Below, one piece after another: positions 36,875 to 45,184 of a stretch of DNA of 45,964 bases. The notes beneath the pieces were generated by a model, which saw nothing but the letters and a program-made list of their open reading frames with translations, had not been told where the DNA came from and searched no databases. Origin of the DNA: an uncultured Dehalococcoidales bacterium. GTDB lineage: Bacteria; Chloroflexota; Dehalococcoidia; GIF9; AB-539-J10. How positions within the stretch are numbered: the first letter of the stretch is position 1; every line of letters begins with the position of its first letter. The translations under genes and the position numbers were made by a program. The stretch is taken from contig CAZKHH010000002.1 in the NCBI GenBank assembly GCA_964552485.1, forward strand, positions 1 to 45,964, given 5' to 3'.

Positions 36875-39433
36875 TCACCGGCTGCCGCCCGAATCGAGAA
36901 CACGGTTCTTGAGTCCATACAGTACCGAAATAGCCTCCAGCGGGGTCATGGAATCGACATCCATATCCGCTATTTCGCGAGCAAGCCCCGGGTCGGACGG
37001 AAACATTGGCAGCTGTGCGACGTTACTCACAACCGGATGTCGCCCTGTCACCGGGCCTTCACGCGCGGACGCCTCGAGTGCGTCAAGCACATTTCGGGCT
37101 CTCGCGACAACGGCTTTGGGAAGCCCGGCGAGTGTCGCTACATGAATACCGTAGCTGCGGTCGCCTGCTCCCGGCGCAATCTGGTGAAGAAGCCTGACTT
37201 TGCCAGCCTCCTCCACAACCAGCACATTGTAGTTTCGCACACGGGGCAGGTGCTCCGCCAATTCCACCAGTTCGTGGTAGTGTGTAGCAAACACAGTCTT
37301 TGCCCCGAGGGTCGGTGCATTGTGGATGTGTTCCGCAACTGCCCATGCGATAGAAATGCCATCATAGGTGCTTGTCCCTCTGCCAATCTCGTCAAGGACG
37401 ATGAGCGAACGCCGGGTCGCATGATGCAGGATATTGGCGGTCTCGATCATCTCTACCATGAAGGTGGATTGCCCGGATGCAAGATCTTCCTGCGCACCTA
37501 CCCGTGTAAAGATGCGGTCCACGATCCCGATGCTCGCCGACTTTGCAGGCACGAAGCTCCCTGTCTGCGCCATAAGAACAATCAATGCAACCTGTCGAAG
37601 ATAGGTGGACTTTCCAGCCATGTTCGGGCCGGTCAAGATGACAATCTGGCAGTCGTCATTGGATAGTTCTGAGTCGTTCGGAACAAACGTGCCCGAGTCG
37701 AGTCGCGCTTCGACTATCGGGTGTCGTCCACCACGAACTGTGATGTCGTCTCCCGTATGCAACGTCGGCCTGACATAGTTGCGATCTGCGGCGACCTCAG
37801 CCAATGCACAGCACGCATCGATACTCGCAACCGCGCGTGAAACCGAGACCACAACCTCGGAATATCCCGCAAGCTGCTCACATACCTGGAGAAACAGGCT
37901 CTCTTCGAGAGCCGCCAACTGATCGTTTGCGGTCAATATATGCGACTCGTACTCCTTCAACTGTGGTGTGAAGAAACGCTCCGCCTCGGCGAGCGTCTGT
38001 TTTCTCTGATACTCATCAGGCACGGCAGACAGATTCGTGCGCGAGACTTCGATGTAGTAGCCAAATACACGGTTGTAGCCTACTTTAAGCGTCTTGATGC
38101 CCGTCCGCTCGCGCTCACTCTTTTCCAGTTCGGCCAGATATGTCTTCGCATCACGCGCTGTTGCGCGCAGCCTGTCTAACTCATCAGAGAACCCTTCCCG
38201 GATGACTCCGCCCTTTTCCAGTGAGCCCGGCTCCTCAGCAATGGCGGTCTGAAGCAGCGCGACCGCCTCAGAGACAGGATGCAGCCTGCCTTCCAATCCG
38301 TCAGGCATCTCACCAACCGCCTCTCGCAGGGATGGTATGGCGCTGAGGCTCGCACGCAAGCCCGCCAGATCTCTTGGAACCGCGCGCGAGGACACCACCC
38401 GGTTCATCACGCGTTCGATATCCCCCATGCCGGATAGAATCCGGCGCGTCTCCTGTCGACGCAGTAAGTCCGAGAAGAACGAGTCGACGACGTCCTGCCG
38501 AGCTTCCAGTGAGCCCAGGTCGAGCAGCGGCGCCGCAATCCACGCCCGCAACAGCCGCCCGCCCATAGGAGTGAGCGTTTCATCCAGTATGGAGAGGAGC
38601 GAAACCTCGGCCTCTCCCCATCGACCACCTTCGAACAACTCCAGGTTCCTCAACGTCTGGACGTCGAGTGTCATGAACGCGTCGGTGGAATAGGTTGAGA
38701 GCGCGGTCACAAGGCGAAGCAATTGCTTCTGCGTCTCCGAGAGATAGTGAAGCAGTGCCCCTGCGGCTTCGACAGCCAGAGGCATACCGCGGCAACCGAA
38801 GCCATCGAGTGTGGCGACCTCGAAATGCTCAAGCAGTAGACGCAGAGCAACGTCGTTCTCAAACCAGTACGGGTCGAGCGGCGTGACTGGCAAACTCTGC
38901 GACAAGGCCTCTTCACCTTCAGGCACGAGCACCTCGGCGGGCTGAAGTCTCGCCAACTCGCATTCCACCTGTCCACATGGGATCTCGGAAACCGCGAATT
39001 CTCCAGTGGTAATATCGGCATACGCCACTCCAGCACGTTCACCACGTACACACATGCTGACGAGATAATTGTTGACCTTGGACTTAAGCAGAGATGGTTC
39101 GAGCACCGTCCCCGGAGTGACCACGCGTATCACGTCACGCTCTACAAGACCGTTGCCCGCCGGTGTCAACTGCTCGCAGACGGCCACCTTGTAGCCGCGA
39201 CTGATGAGCCGACTGAGGTAGTTTTCCAGCGCATGGAACGGGATGCCGGCCATCGGCACCTTGTTGTCTTTCCCCATTTCGCGCGAGGTAAGGACTATGT
39301 CAAGCTCGCGTGAGGCAATCTTCGCATCCTCATCGAATGTCTCGTAGAAGTCTCCAAGGCGAAAGAGCACGAGCGCTCCTGGATGCTTCTCTTTTACCCT
39401 GAGATATTGACGTCGAAGAGGGGTAACGGCCAT
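36875..39433 (-). CDS. mutS: DNA mismatch repair protein MutS
   Basis: The sequence contains TPLRRQYLRVKEKHPGALVLFRLGDFYETF, Walker A GPNMAGKST, and the DEIGRGTST and HYHEL motifs. The start is set at the ATG at 39433. Confidence 0.96.
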   Translation of the reverse strand: MAVTPLRRQYLRVKEKHPGALVLFRLGDFYETFDEDAKIASRELDIVLTSREMGKDNKVPMAGIPFHALENYLSRLISRGYKVAVCEQLTPAGNGLVERDVIRVVTPGTVLEPSLLKSKVNNYLVSMCVRGERAGVAYADITTGEFAVSEIPCGQVECELARLQPAEVLVPEGEEALSQSLPVTPLDPYWFENDVALRLLLEHFEVATLDGFGCRGMPLAVEAAGALLHYLSETQKQLLRLVTALSTYSTDAFMTLDVQTLRNLELFEGGRWGEAEVSLLSILDETLTPMGGRLLRAWIAAPLLDLGSLEARQDVVDSFFSDLLRRQETRRILSGMGDIERVMNRVVSSRAVPRDLAGLRASLSAIPSLREAVGEMPDGLEGRLHPVSEAVALLQTAIAEEPGSLEKGGVIREGFSDELDRLRATARDAKTYLAELEKSERERTGIKTLKVGYNRVFGYYIEVSRTNLSAVPDEYQRKQTLAEAERFFTPQLKEYESHILTANDQLAALEESLFLQVCEQLAGYSEVVVSVSRAVASIDACCALAEVAADRNYVRPTLHTGDDITVRGGRHPIVEARLDSGTFVPNDSELSNDDCQIVILTGPNMAGKSTYLRQVALIVLMAQTGSFVPAKSASIGIVDRIFTRVGAQEDLASGQSTFMVEMIETANILHHATRRSLIVLDEIGRGTSTYDGISIAWAVAEHIHNAPTLGAKTVFATHYHELVELAEHLPRVRNYNVLVVEEAGKVRLLHQIAPGAGDRSYGIHVATLAGLPKAVVARARNVLDALEASAREGPVTGRHPVVSNVAQLPMFPSDPGLAREIADMDVDSMTPLEAISVLYGLKNRVLDSGGSR

Positions 39434-39460
39434 CGCCGCTATTGTATCGCAGCAGTCGCG

Positions 39461-39489
39461 TTGTAACGAACGAGGTCGCCTGCTATGAT
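39461..39489 (+). promoter_or_regulatory. Candidate ybeY promoter (TTGTAA-N17-TATGAT)
   Basis: The two hexamers lie at 39461-39466 and 39484-39489, 20 nt upstream of the ATG at 39510. Confidence 0.4.
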
Positions 39490-39509
39490 GCAATCAAGGC
39501 GTCAGTACA

Positions 39510-39983
39510 ATGACAGCAGAGGTGAATGTCCGCATTGAACTGACCAAAGTCGCGGAGCCCGGGCCGCAATGGTTTGAGAATCTGGCCAGGGACATTCTGG
39601 AGGCAGAGAAAGTCTCGCCTCCTTACGAGGTCAGCATTGTCCTGGCGGGCCAGCAGAGGGTACATCATCTCAATCGCCTCTACCGCGACGTCGACTCTCC
39701 CACCGATGTAATCGCCTTCTACACTACTCAGACCGAGGCCGAGGAATTCGTTCTTCCGGATGATGGCGTCACGCACCTTGGCGACATCGTCATCTCCTAT
39801 CCTCAAGCTGTGGAACAGGCACAGGAGGAAGGTCATTCGACCATACAGGAACTGACGCTGCTGGTGATACACGGTTTGCTGCATCTGCTCGGCTACGATC
39901 ATGAGGTTCCGGAGGAATCGGCCCTGATGCGCAGCCGCGAACGACAGTTGCTCGAGTCCTTCCGAACGCGCTACTACGAATAG
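39510..39983 (+). CDS. ybeY: rRNA maturation endoribonuclease YbeY
   Basis: The zinc-binding motif HGLLHLLGYDH is present in a 157-aa protein. Confidence 0.93.
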   Translation: MTAEVNVRIELTKVAEPGPQWFENLARDILEAEKVSPPYEVSIVLAGQQRVHHLNRLYRDVDSPTDVIAFYTTQTEAEEFVLPDDGVTHLGDIVISYPQAVEQAQEEGHSTIQELTLLVIHGLLHLLGYDHEVPEESALMRSRERQLLESFRTRYYE

Positions 39984-40222
39984 GTTGACAGAGCAACCGT
40001 CTCAGGGAAGTCAACAACGAAGTCGAGACAATGGGAGCGAACCGGATTCATGTCTCACAAACGGCCGTGACATCTCACGAATCACATGCACGCCCGGGGC
40101 CAGCGGCACGATGCAGGCAGTCACAATAGCAGCCATGGACGTTGTCGATTTCATCGAGTCGCTCAACCAGGTACTGTGTAGCCGTACGGGCAGCTGACAA
40201 CCCACTCGTCACCTGACCTCGA

Positions 40223-40843
40223 CTAGATGTCAACTCGCCGCGGCTCAACACGGCATTTCTCGGCAGTCACAATCGACTGAATCCGGCCTACCACGTCATC
40301 AATTCGTCCGGGATAACTGGTGACTACGTAGTCGAAAAGCGACAACTGCCTGTACTCCTCTGCCGCCTTTCCGAGGCGTGTCGCGAGCGCTTCCGGTGTC
40401 TCGCTGTGGCGACTCCGAAGCCGGCGTTCCAGTTCCTCCATCGACGGGGGACGGATGAAAATGAGTGCCGCACCCGGCACGGTGCGCCTGATCGTGGCGG
40501 CACCCTGTACATCCACCTTCACAACAACATCCCGGCCGGTTGCCAGTGCGTCACGGACCGCCTTGCGCGGGACACCGTAGAAATTATCGTACACCTTAGC
40601 CCATTCAAGCAGTTCGTCGGCTTCCACCATCCGTTGGAACTCCTCCACGGATACGAAGTTGTAATGGATGCCAGGCACTTCAGTGGCGCGGCATTCACGG
40701 GTTGTAATAGTCACAACAAAGCTGAACGGGAGGTGTCTCTCTTTCATCCGTTCAATTACGGCATCCTTGCCTGCACCGGAAGAGCCGGAGACGACGAGAA
40801 GGAGAGAGGGAGATTCGCGGGGGATGAAGCTGTCGCACTCCAT
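40223..40843 (-). CDS. gmk: Guanylate kinase
   Basis: The P-loop LLVVSGSSGAGKD is present, along with TTRECRATEVPGIHYNFVS and YGVPR. I prefer the ATG at 40843, because the 40936 extension overlaps the upstream permease. Confidence 0.92.
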   Translation of the reverse strand: MECDSFIPRESPSLLLVVSGSSGAGKDAVIERMKERHLPFSFVVTITTRECRATEVPGIHYNFVSVEEFQRMVEADELLEWAKVYDNFYGVPRKAVRDALATGRDVVVKVDVQGAATIRRTVPGAALIFIRPPSMEELERRLRSRHSETPEALATRLGKAAEEYRQLSLFDYVVTSYPGRIDDVVGRIQSIVTAEKCRVEPRRVDI

Positions 40844-40892
40844 GATACAGGTGGTTGTGGCGCGCCACGCCACACAACGCGGTCCTATTCTA

Positions 40893-42287
40893 TCATGGCC
40901 TGAGACGCCGACCCGCTGCGTAGCCCGCGACATCACCGAGCGGCACCGCGATACTGAGCGCGAACCCCACGAGCGGCAACGCAGATTTCATCGGGACAGC
41001 AAGCGCCGGCAGTCCTCCCGCAAACCCGAAAGCTCCTCCGATGCATACGCCCATGAAGGCTGCGCGGCTGCCGGGCCGCCATCGCTCATTGGCCAGCAGA
41101 CCAACAAGAACCGGGCCAACGACCCCGGATGTGAACACGGAGTACGCGAACATGAGCGACTGGATGACACCATGAAGCGACAGCGCGAGCAACAGTGACA
41201 AGATTCCGAGCGCAGCCACGGAGATACGGGAGACGAGTACAGCGCGCTTCTCACTGAGCGACCATTTTCGCCCAATTACATCATCCGCACATACCACTCC
41301 CTGCCCCAGGAGAGTGCTGTCCGCAGATGACATCAAGGCACCCATAAGCGCCACGAAAAGAAGTCCGGCGACAGCCGGAGGCAGGCCATTGGCCATTATC
41401 CAGGGAAGCGCTTCCTCAGCCGGGATGCCGGGCGCACGTACGCCGGCCATCAGACCAATGAGCGCTACAAGTGCCGCTGCCGGGACCACGAAAGCTGCTG
41501 CGTAGAGTACGGCACGTTGCGCTGTAGCGGCGTCCCGGGCAGATAGCACGCGCGTGTAGATATCCGGTCCCACCACATACACGGAGCCTACGAGAACAGC
41601 CATCCTGAGCAGCTCCACCCAGCCGAACGATGCGCTCACCGGAAAGCTCAGTGCGCCGGCTGGCAGTGCACCGGGAAGTGCCGCCAGCATGGCACCGTCG
41701 AGGAGCAAGGCCACAGCAGCAGCAACCAGTCCCAGAAGTATGAGCACGCCCTGCAGCGCATCGGTCCTGAGTATCGCCCGTTGCCCGCCTATCACAGCGT
41801 ATGCCACAAGCACCGCCGTGAACGCGATCATCCAGCCGTTCACGTCACCGACTCCCAGGAATCCTGCGACACGGGCAGCAGCGACGATCTGACCGCTGAC
41901 GACGCCGGTCCACGCGACGACGATTAGCACCGCGACCAGCACCGAGACGCCGCGACCGTAGAGCTGCTCTACAAGACCGGGTAACGTGTACACAGCGTGA
42001 GCGCGTATCCTTCGTGCGAAGAAAAGCGCCAGGACCACCAGGCCGCCTGCACCAACCAGAGTCCACCACGCGCCCGTGAGTCCGTGTTCGTAGACAAGTC
42101 CAGCGACGCCTATGGTTGCCGAACCTCCCACCACAGTGGCGAAGAGAGAACCCGCGATGATGAACGCGGTTCCGCGACGGCCCGCGACGAAGTAATCGCT
42201 TCGGGATGCCGGAGATCTGCCAGTGGAAATGCCGATGGAGAAGAAGAGAAGGAGGACGAACAGAAACAGAAGGACCGGCACGCTCAT
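40893..42287 (-). CDS. Sodium:solute symporter (SSS) family permease, substrate unknown
   Basis: The 464-aa protein has about 12-13 hydrophobic segments. The N-terminal pattern DYFVAGRRGTAFIIAGSLFATVVGGSATIG is typical of SSS (PutP/PanF/SMVT-type) carriers. Its ATG overlaps the birA stop (ATGA). Confidence 0.85.
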   Translation of the reverse strand: MSVPVLLFLFVLLLFFSIGISTGRSPASRSDYFVAGRRGTAFIIAGSLFATVVGGSATIGVAGLVYEHGLTGAWWTLVGAGGLVVLALFFARRIRAHAVYTLPGLVEQLYGRGVSVLVAVLIVVAWTGVVSGQIVAAARVAGFLGVGDVNGWMIAFTAVLVAYAVIGGQRAILRTDALQGVLILLGLVAAAVALLLDGAMLAALPGALPAGALSFPVSASFGWVELLRMAVLVGSVYVVGPDIYTRVLSARDAATAQRAVLYAAAFVVPAAALVALIGLMAGVRAPGIPAEEALPWIMANGLPPAVAGLLFVALMGALMSSADSTLLGQGVVCADDVIGRKWSLSEKRAVLVSRISVAALGILSLLLALSLHGVIQSLMFAYSVFTSGVVGPVLVGLLANERWRPGSRAAFMGVCIGGAFGFAGGLPALAVPMKSALPLVGFALSIAVPLGDVAGYAAGRRLRP

Positions 42288-43219
42288 GTTTCCTCGTAAA
42301 GGCAGTCGCCCGCGAATACGGTCGAATTCGCGCCATCCGCTGCCCGCACGATGAGCGCGCCGGAGTCAGCGATATCAACCGCGAGGCCCTTCACCTGTCT
42401 CTCCCCCTGCTGTATGCAGACCTGGCGACCAAGGGTATCGCTCATCTCTTTCCATGCCTCGAGGATGGCAGGTGAATCGAGCTCTCGAAGGTACTGCAGC
42501 AGCCGGGTCACAAGCTCGCGTGTGAGCTGCACACGGTCGACAGGCTTCCCCACCAACTCGGTGAGAGATATCGAATCCGGCACTGCGTCACCGACAGGAA
42601 TGTTGACATTCATGCCGATGCCGACATTGATATAGTGCACCGTATCACTCTCGGCCTCCATCTCCGAGAGGATGCCACACACTTTCTTCCCGTCGATGAG
42701 GACATCGTTGGGCCACTTGACGCGTGCAGGCACGTTCAACATCGTCTGCAACGTCGTTGCCACAGCGACCGAGGCGAAGAGATTCGCCCTGGGGGCCACG
42801 GCAGGAGCGACCCGCGGACGGGTGATTGCAGTCAGGTAGATGCCGCCGGAGGGCGACACCCATGTGCGCCCGAGGCGGCCCCTTCCCTGCGTCTGTCTCT
42901 CGGCGACGACAACCGTGCCTTCATCCGCTCCACTCCTGGCCAGTTCACGGGCGAGAGGCATCGTTGATTCGATCTCGACGAGGTGATGGACATGCGACTC
43001 CCAGCCCGGAAACTCCCCGGGCAGCAGCAGGTCCGGCGTGGAGACCAGGCTGTAGCCCCGGGGAGAGGACTCGATGCCGTAGCCTTGACGGCGCAATTCC
43101 CGGACGTGCTTCCATATCGCAACACGGGATATTCCCAACTGCCTGCTCAGGGTTTCCCCTGACACAGTGGTTTCTGATTCACGAAGAGCCGCGAGCACGC
43201 GATAGAGGGCGTTAACCAT
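42284..43219 (-). CDS. birA: Bifunctional biotin-protein ligase / biotin operon repressor BirA
   Basis: The N-terminal wHTH segment is SGETLSRQLGISRVAIWKHVRELRRQGYGIES. The ligase motif QTQGRGRLGRTWVSPSGG and KWPNDV are also present. The start is set at the ATG at 43219. Confidence 0.9.
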   Translation of the reverse strand: MVNALYRVLAALRESETTVSGETLSRQLGISRVAIWKHVRELRRQGYGIESSPRGYSLVSTPDLLLPGEFPGWESHVHHLVEIESTMPLARELARSGADEGTVVVAERQTQGRGRLGRTWVSPSGGIYLTAITRPRVAPAVAPRANLFASVAVATTLQTMLNVPARVKWPNDVLIDGKKVCGILSEMEAESDTVHYINVGIGMNVNIPVGDAVPDSISLTELVGKPVDRVQLTRELVTRLLQYLRELDSPAILEAWKEMSDTLGRQVCIQQGERQVKGLAVDIADSGALIVRAADGANSTVFAGDCLYEET

Positions 43220-43238
43220 GTGGAGATGACAGGTTAAC
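43211..43238 (-). promoter_or_regulatory. Candidate BirA operator: perfect inverted repeat GTTAACC-N14-GGTTAAC
   Basis: GTTAACC (43211-43217) and GGTTAAC (43232-43238) are exact reverse complements separated by 14 nt. The element covers the birA start codon (43217-43219) and a possible -10 (TAACCT on the minus strand, 43231-43236), which lies 18 nt downstream of a TTGACC -35 (43255-43260). Confidence 0.5.
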
Positions 43239-43327
43239 CAAGCCGACCATTGCCGGTCAAGGCACGAATGGCACAGGCGTGGCTGGACAGTGGGCCATGC
43301 TAACGCGTATCCTTTCACTGCTTCGAC

Positions 43328-43981
43328 ATGGAAATCATCTGGTCAGGACATTCCTGCTTCACTCTTCGCGGCAAAGAGACCACCCTGGTCATCGACCCTT
43401 GCGCGCCGCCACTCGGGTGTGCGCAGAAATGGGGCTCGCCACAGGCGGTACTCATCAGCCACGAACACGGGGGACACTCCAATCTTGAGGGTTTCGCCCG
43501 CAGCGGCTGCGACCCGCAGGTCTTCACAGGGGCGGGAGAGTACGAAGTCGGAGGAGCGTTCATCACCGGAGTCCCGACATATCATGACTCTGAGAATGGC
43601 TCCGAGAAGGGCCGGAATACCGCCTACTCGATCGAGATGGAAGGGCTTCGCATATGCCACCTCGGCGACCTCGGGCATCCGCTCTCTGCCACCGCGGTGC
43701 GCGAACTAGGGCACGCAGATGTCCTGTGCGTACCGGTCGGAGACGTATCCACCCTGAGCGTGAGCGAGGCCCGTGCGGTCACGAAGGCACTGCAGCCACG
43801 CTACATCCTGCCGATGCATTATCAGTCTGAGGCGCGCCCCGAACTGGAACCAGTCGACACCTTCCTTGCGGCCATGGGAGTCCAGCAGGCAGAGACACGC
43901 CAGAAGCTGAATGTCACAACTACGAACCTGCCGCTCAATCCACAGGTGCTCGTGCTCGGCTGTGAGTCACGCGCAGGTTAA
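43328..43981 (+). CDS. MBL-fold metal-dependent hydrolase (UPF0173-like)
   Basis: The sequence begins MEIIWSGHSCFTLRGKETTLVIDP and contains SHEHGGHSN. Its length of about 217 aa is typical of small beta-lactamase-fold hydrolases. Confidence 0.72.
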   Translation: MEIIWSGHSCFTLRGKETTLVIDPCAPPLGCAQKWGSPQAVLISHEHGGHSNLEGFARSGCDPQVFTGAGEYEVGGAFITGVPTYHDSENGSEKGRNTAYSIEMEGLRICHLGDLGHPLSATAVRELGHADVLCVPVGDVSTLSVSEARAVTKALQPRYILPMHYQSEARPELEPVDTFLAAMGVQQAETRQKLNVTTTNLPLNPQVLVLGCESRAG

Positions 43982-44003
43982 CCCCACCGTTCCGTGCCAG
44001 CCT

Positions 44004-44032
44004 TTGACACACCGATTCCGCCTTCCTACAAT
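44004..44032 (+). promoter_or_regulatory. Candidate promoter (TTGACA-N17-TACAAT) for the zinc-ribbon gene, implying a leaderless mRNA
   Basis: TTGACA lies at 44004-44009 and TACAAT at 44027-44032. Only 10 nt lie between the -10 and the ATG at 44043, and no Shine-Dalgarno element is present. Confidence 0.55.
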
Positions 44033-44042
44033 GCACTGACGT

Positions 44043-44738
44043 ATGAGTCTTGCTTCCCGTCTCTACTCGCTCCAGGTAACTGACACGCAGCTTCGCGACA
44101 CGCAGCGCAGACTCAGAGACATCACCCGGCGCCTCGAGCACAATGAAGAGCTTGCTACCGCTGAAGCTGCTCTCGGCAGGAAAGAGGAGGAGCTTGAGGC
44201 AGCACGGAAGGCTCAGCGCACGCTTGAGTATGAAGTCGAAGATCTCTCGGCCAAAATCAAGGACGTCAGTGACCGACTGTACGGCGGCCGGGTTACAAAC
44301 ACCAAGGAACTGATGGGCCTCGAGCAGGACCTGCAGAGCCTGAAACGACGCAGGAGCAAGCAGGAAGAGCTGCTCATCGATGCCATGGACACCGCCGAGC
44401 GGCTGGAGGCTTCGGCCCAGGCGGCCCGTAAAGAGACCGAGCGGCTGCGGGCTGCATGGACAGAAGAGGCGGCGAAGTTGACCAGTGAGAGGGATACGGC
44501 CCGGGATGAGATAGCCCGACTGCAAGAACTCAGATCGGCCACACGGCGGGAGATCGATCCGACAACTGTCAGTCTGTATGACGATCTTGTGACATCCAAA
44601 GCCATCGCGGTCGTCAAAGCAGAAGGCGGGCGCTGCAAAGGATGCAATCTCACCGTGCCCACCGGCCAATGGCAGCGTGCCCGTTCCGGCGATGTGGTGC
44701 AGTGTCCGAGCTGCAGTCGCATCATATATGTCGACTGA
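44043..44738 (+). CDS. Coiled-coil protein with a C-terminal C4 zinc ribbon (COG1579/DUF164-like)
   Basis: The long heptad-rich, Glu/Arg/Leu-rich sequence ends in CKGCNLTVP...VVQCPSCSRIIY. Confidence 0.75.
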   Translation: MSLASRLYSLQVTDTQLRDTQRRLRDITRRLEHNEELATAEAALGRKEEELEAARKAQRTLEYEVEDLSAKIKDVSDRLYGGRVTNTKELMGLEQDLQSLKRRRSKQEELLIDAMDTAERLEASAQAARKETERLRAAWTEEAAKLTSERDTARDEIARLQELRSATRREIDPTTVSLYDDLVTSKAIAVVKAEGGRCKGCNLTVPTGQWQRARSGDVVQCPSCSRIIYVD

Positions 44739-44748
44739 CTCGTCACAC

Positions 44749-44777
44749 TTGACCGTAGGGCAGCTCCGGCCTAGACT
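44749..44777 (+). promoter_or_regulatory. Candidate rnpB promoter (TTGACC-N17-TAGACT)
   Basis: The hexamers lie at 44749-44754 and 44772-44777. The predicted transcription start near 44784 coincides with the 5' strand of the RNase P RNA P1 helix. Confidence 0.6.
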
Positions 44778-44783
44778 TACGCA

Positions 44784-45173
44784 GGACTGGCAGTCCGGGT
44801 GGTCGCTTCACGCAGACGCGTGGAGAGGAAAGTCCGGGCTCCTCCAGGCAGGGTGCTGGGTAACGCCCAGGAGGGGTAACCCTACGGAAAGTGCCACAGA
44901 AAGATACCGCCCGCTCACGCGGGTAAGGGTGAAATGGTGAGGTAAGAGCTCACCGGCAGCCGGGAGACCGGCTGGCCAGGCAAACCCCACCCGGAGCAAG
45001 ACCAAATAGAGGGACGAAAACCGTTTGGGCAGGTGCAGACCTGACCAACGGCACAGGCTGCCTGGCCGATGTCCCCGGGTTGGTTGCTTGAACCTGATGG
45101 CAACATCAGGGCCAGATGGATGACCGCCGCTCTCTCGGAGAGCACAGAACCCGGCTTACAGGACTGCCAGCCC
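44784..45173 (+). ncRNA. rnpB: RNase P RNA, bacterial type A
   Basis: Universal conserved blocks are present: GAGGAAAGUCCGGGCUC (P4 5' strand), GGGUAACGCCC, ACAGAAA, GGGUAAGGGUGAAAUGGUGAGGUAAGAGCUCACC, AGCAAGACCAAAUAG and ACAGAACCCGGCUUA (P4 3' strand). The terminal helix pairs CUGGCAGUCC (44787-44796) with GGACUGCCAG (45161-45170). Confidence 0.93.
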
Positions 45174-45184
45174 GCTGTACTCCC

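Noticed and set aside
39985-40205. The sequence GGUCAGGU on the minus strand just after gmk resembles part of the SRP (4.5S) RNA domain IV.
   Set aside because: The following bases do not match the conserved GGAAGCAGCC / AGGGCA symmetric-loop motifs, and no long closing helix is present.
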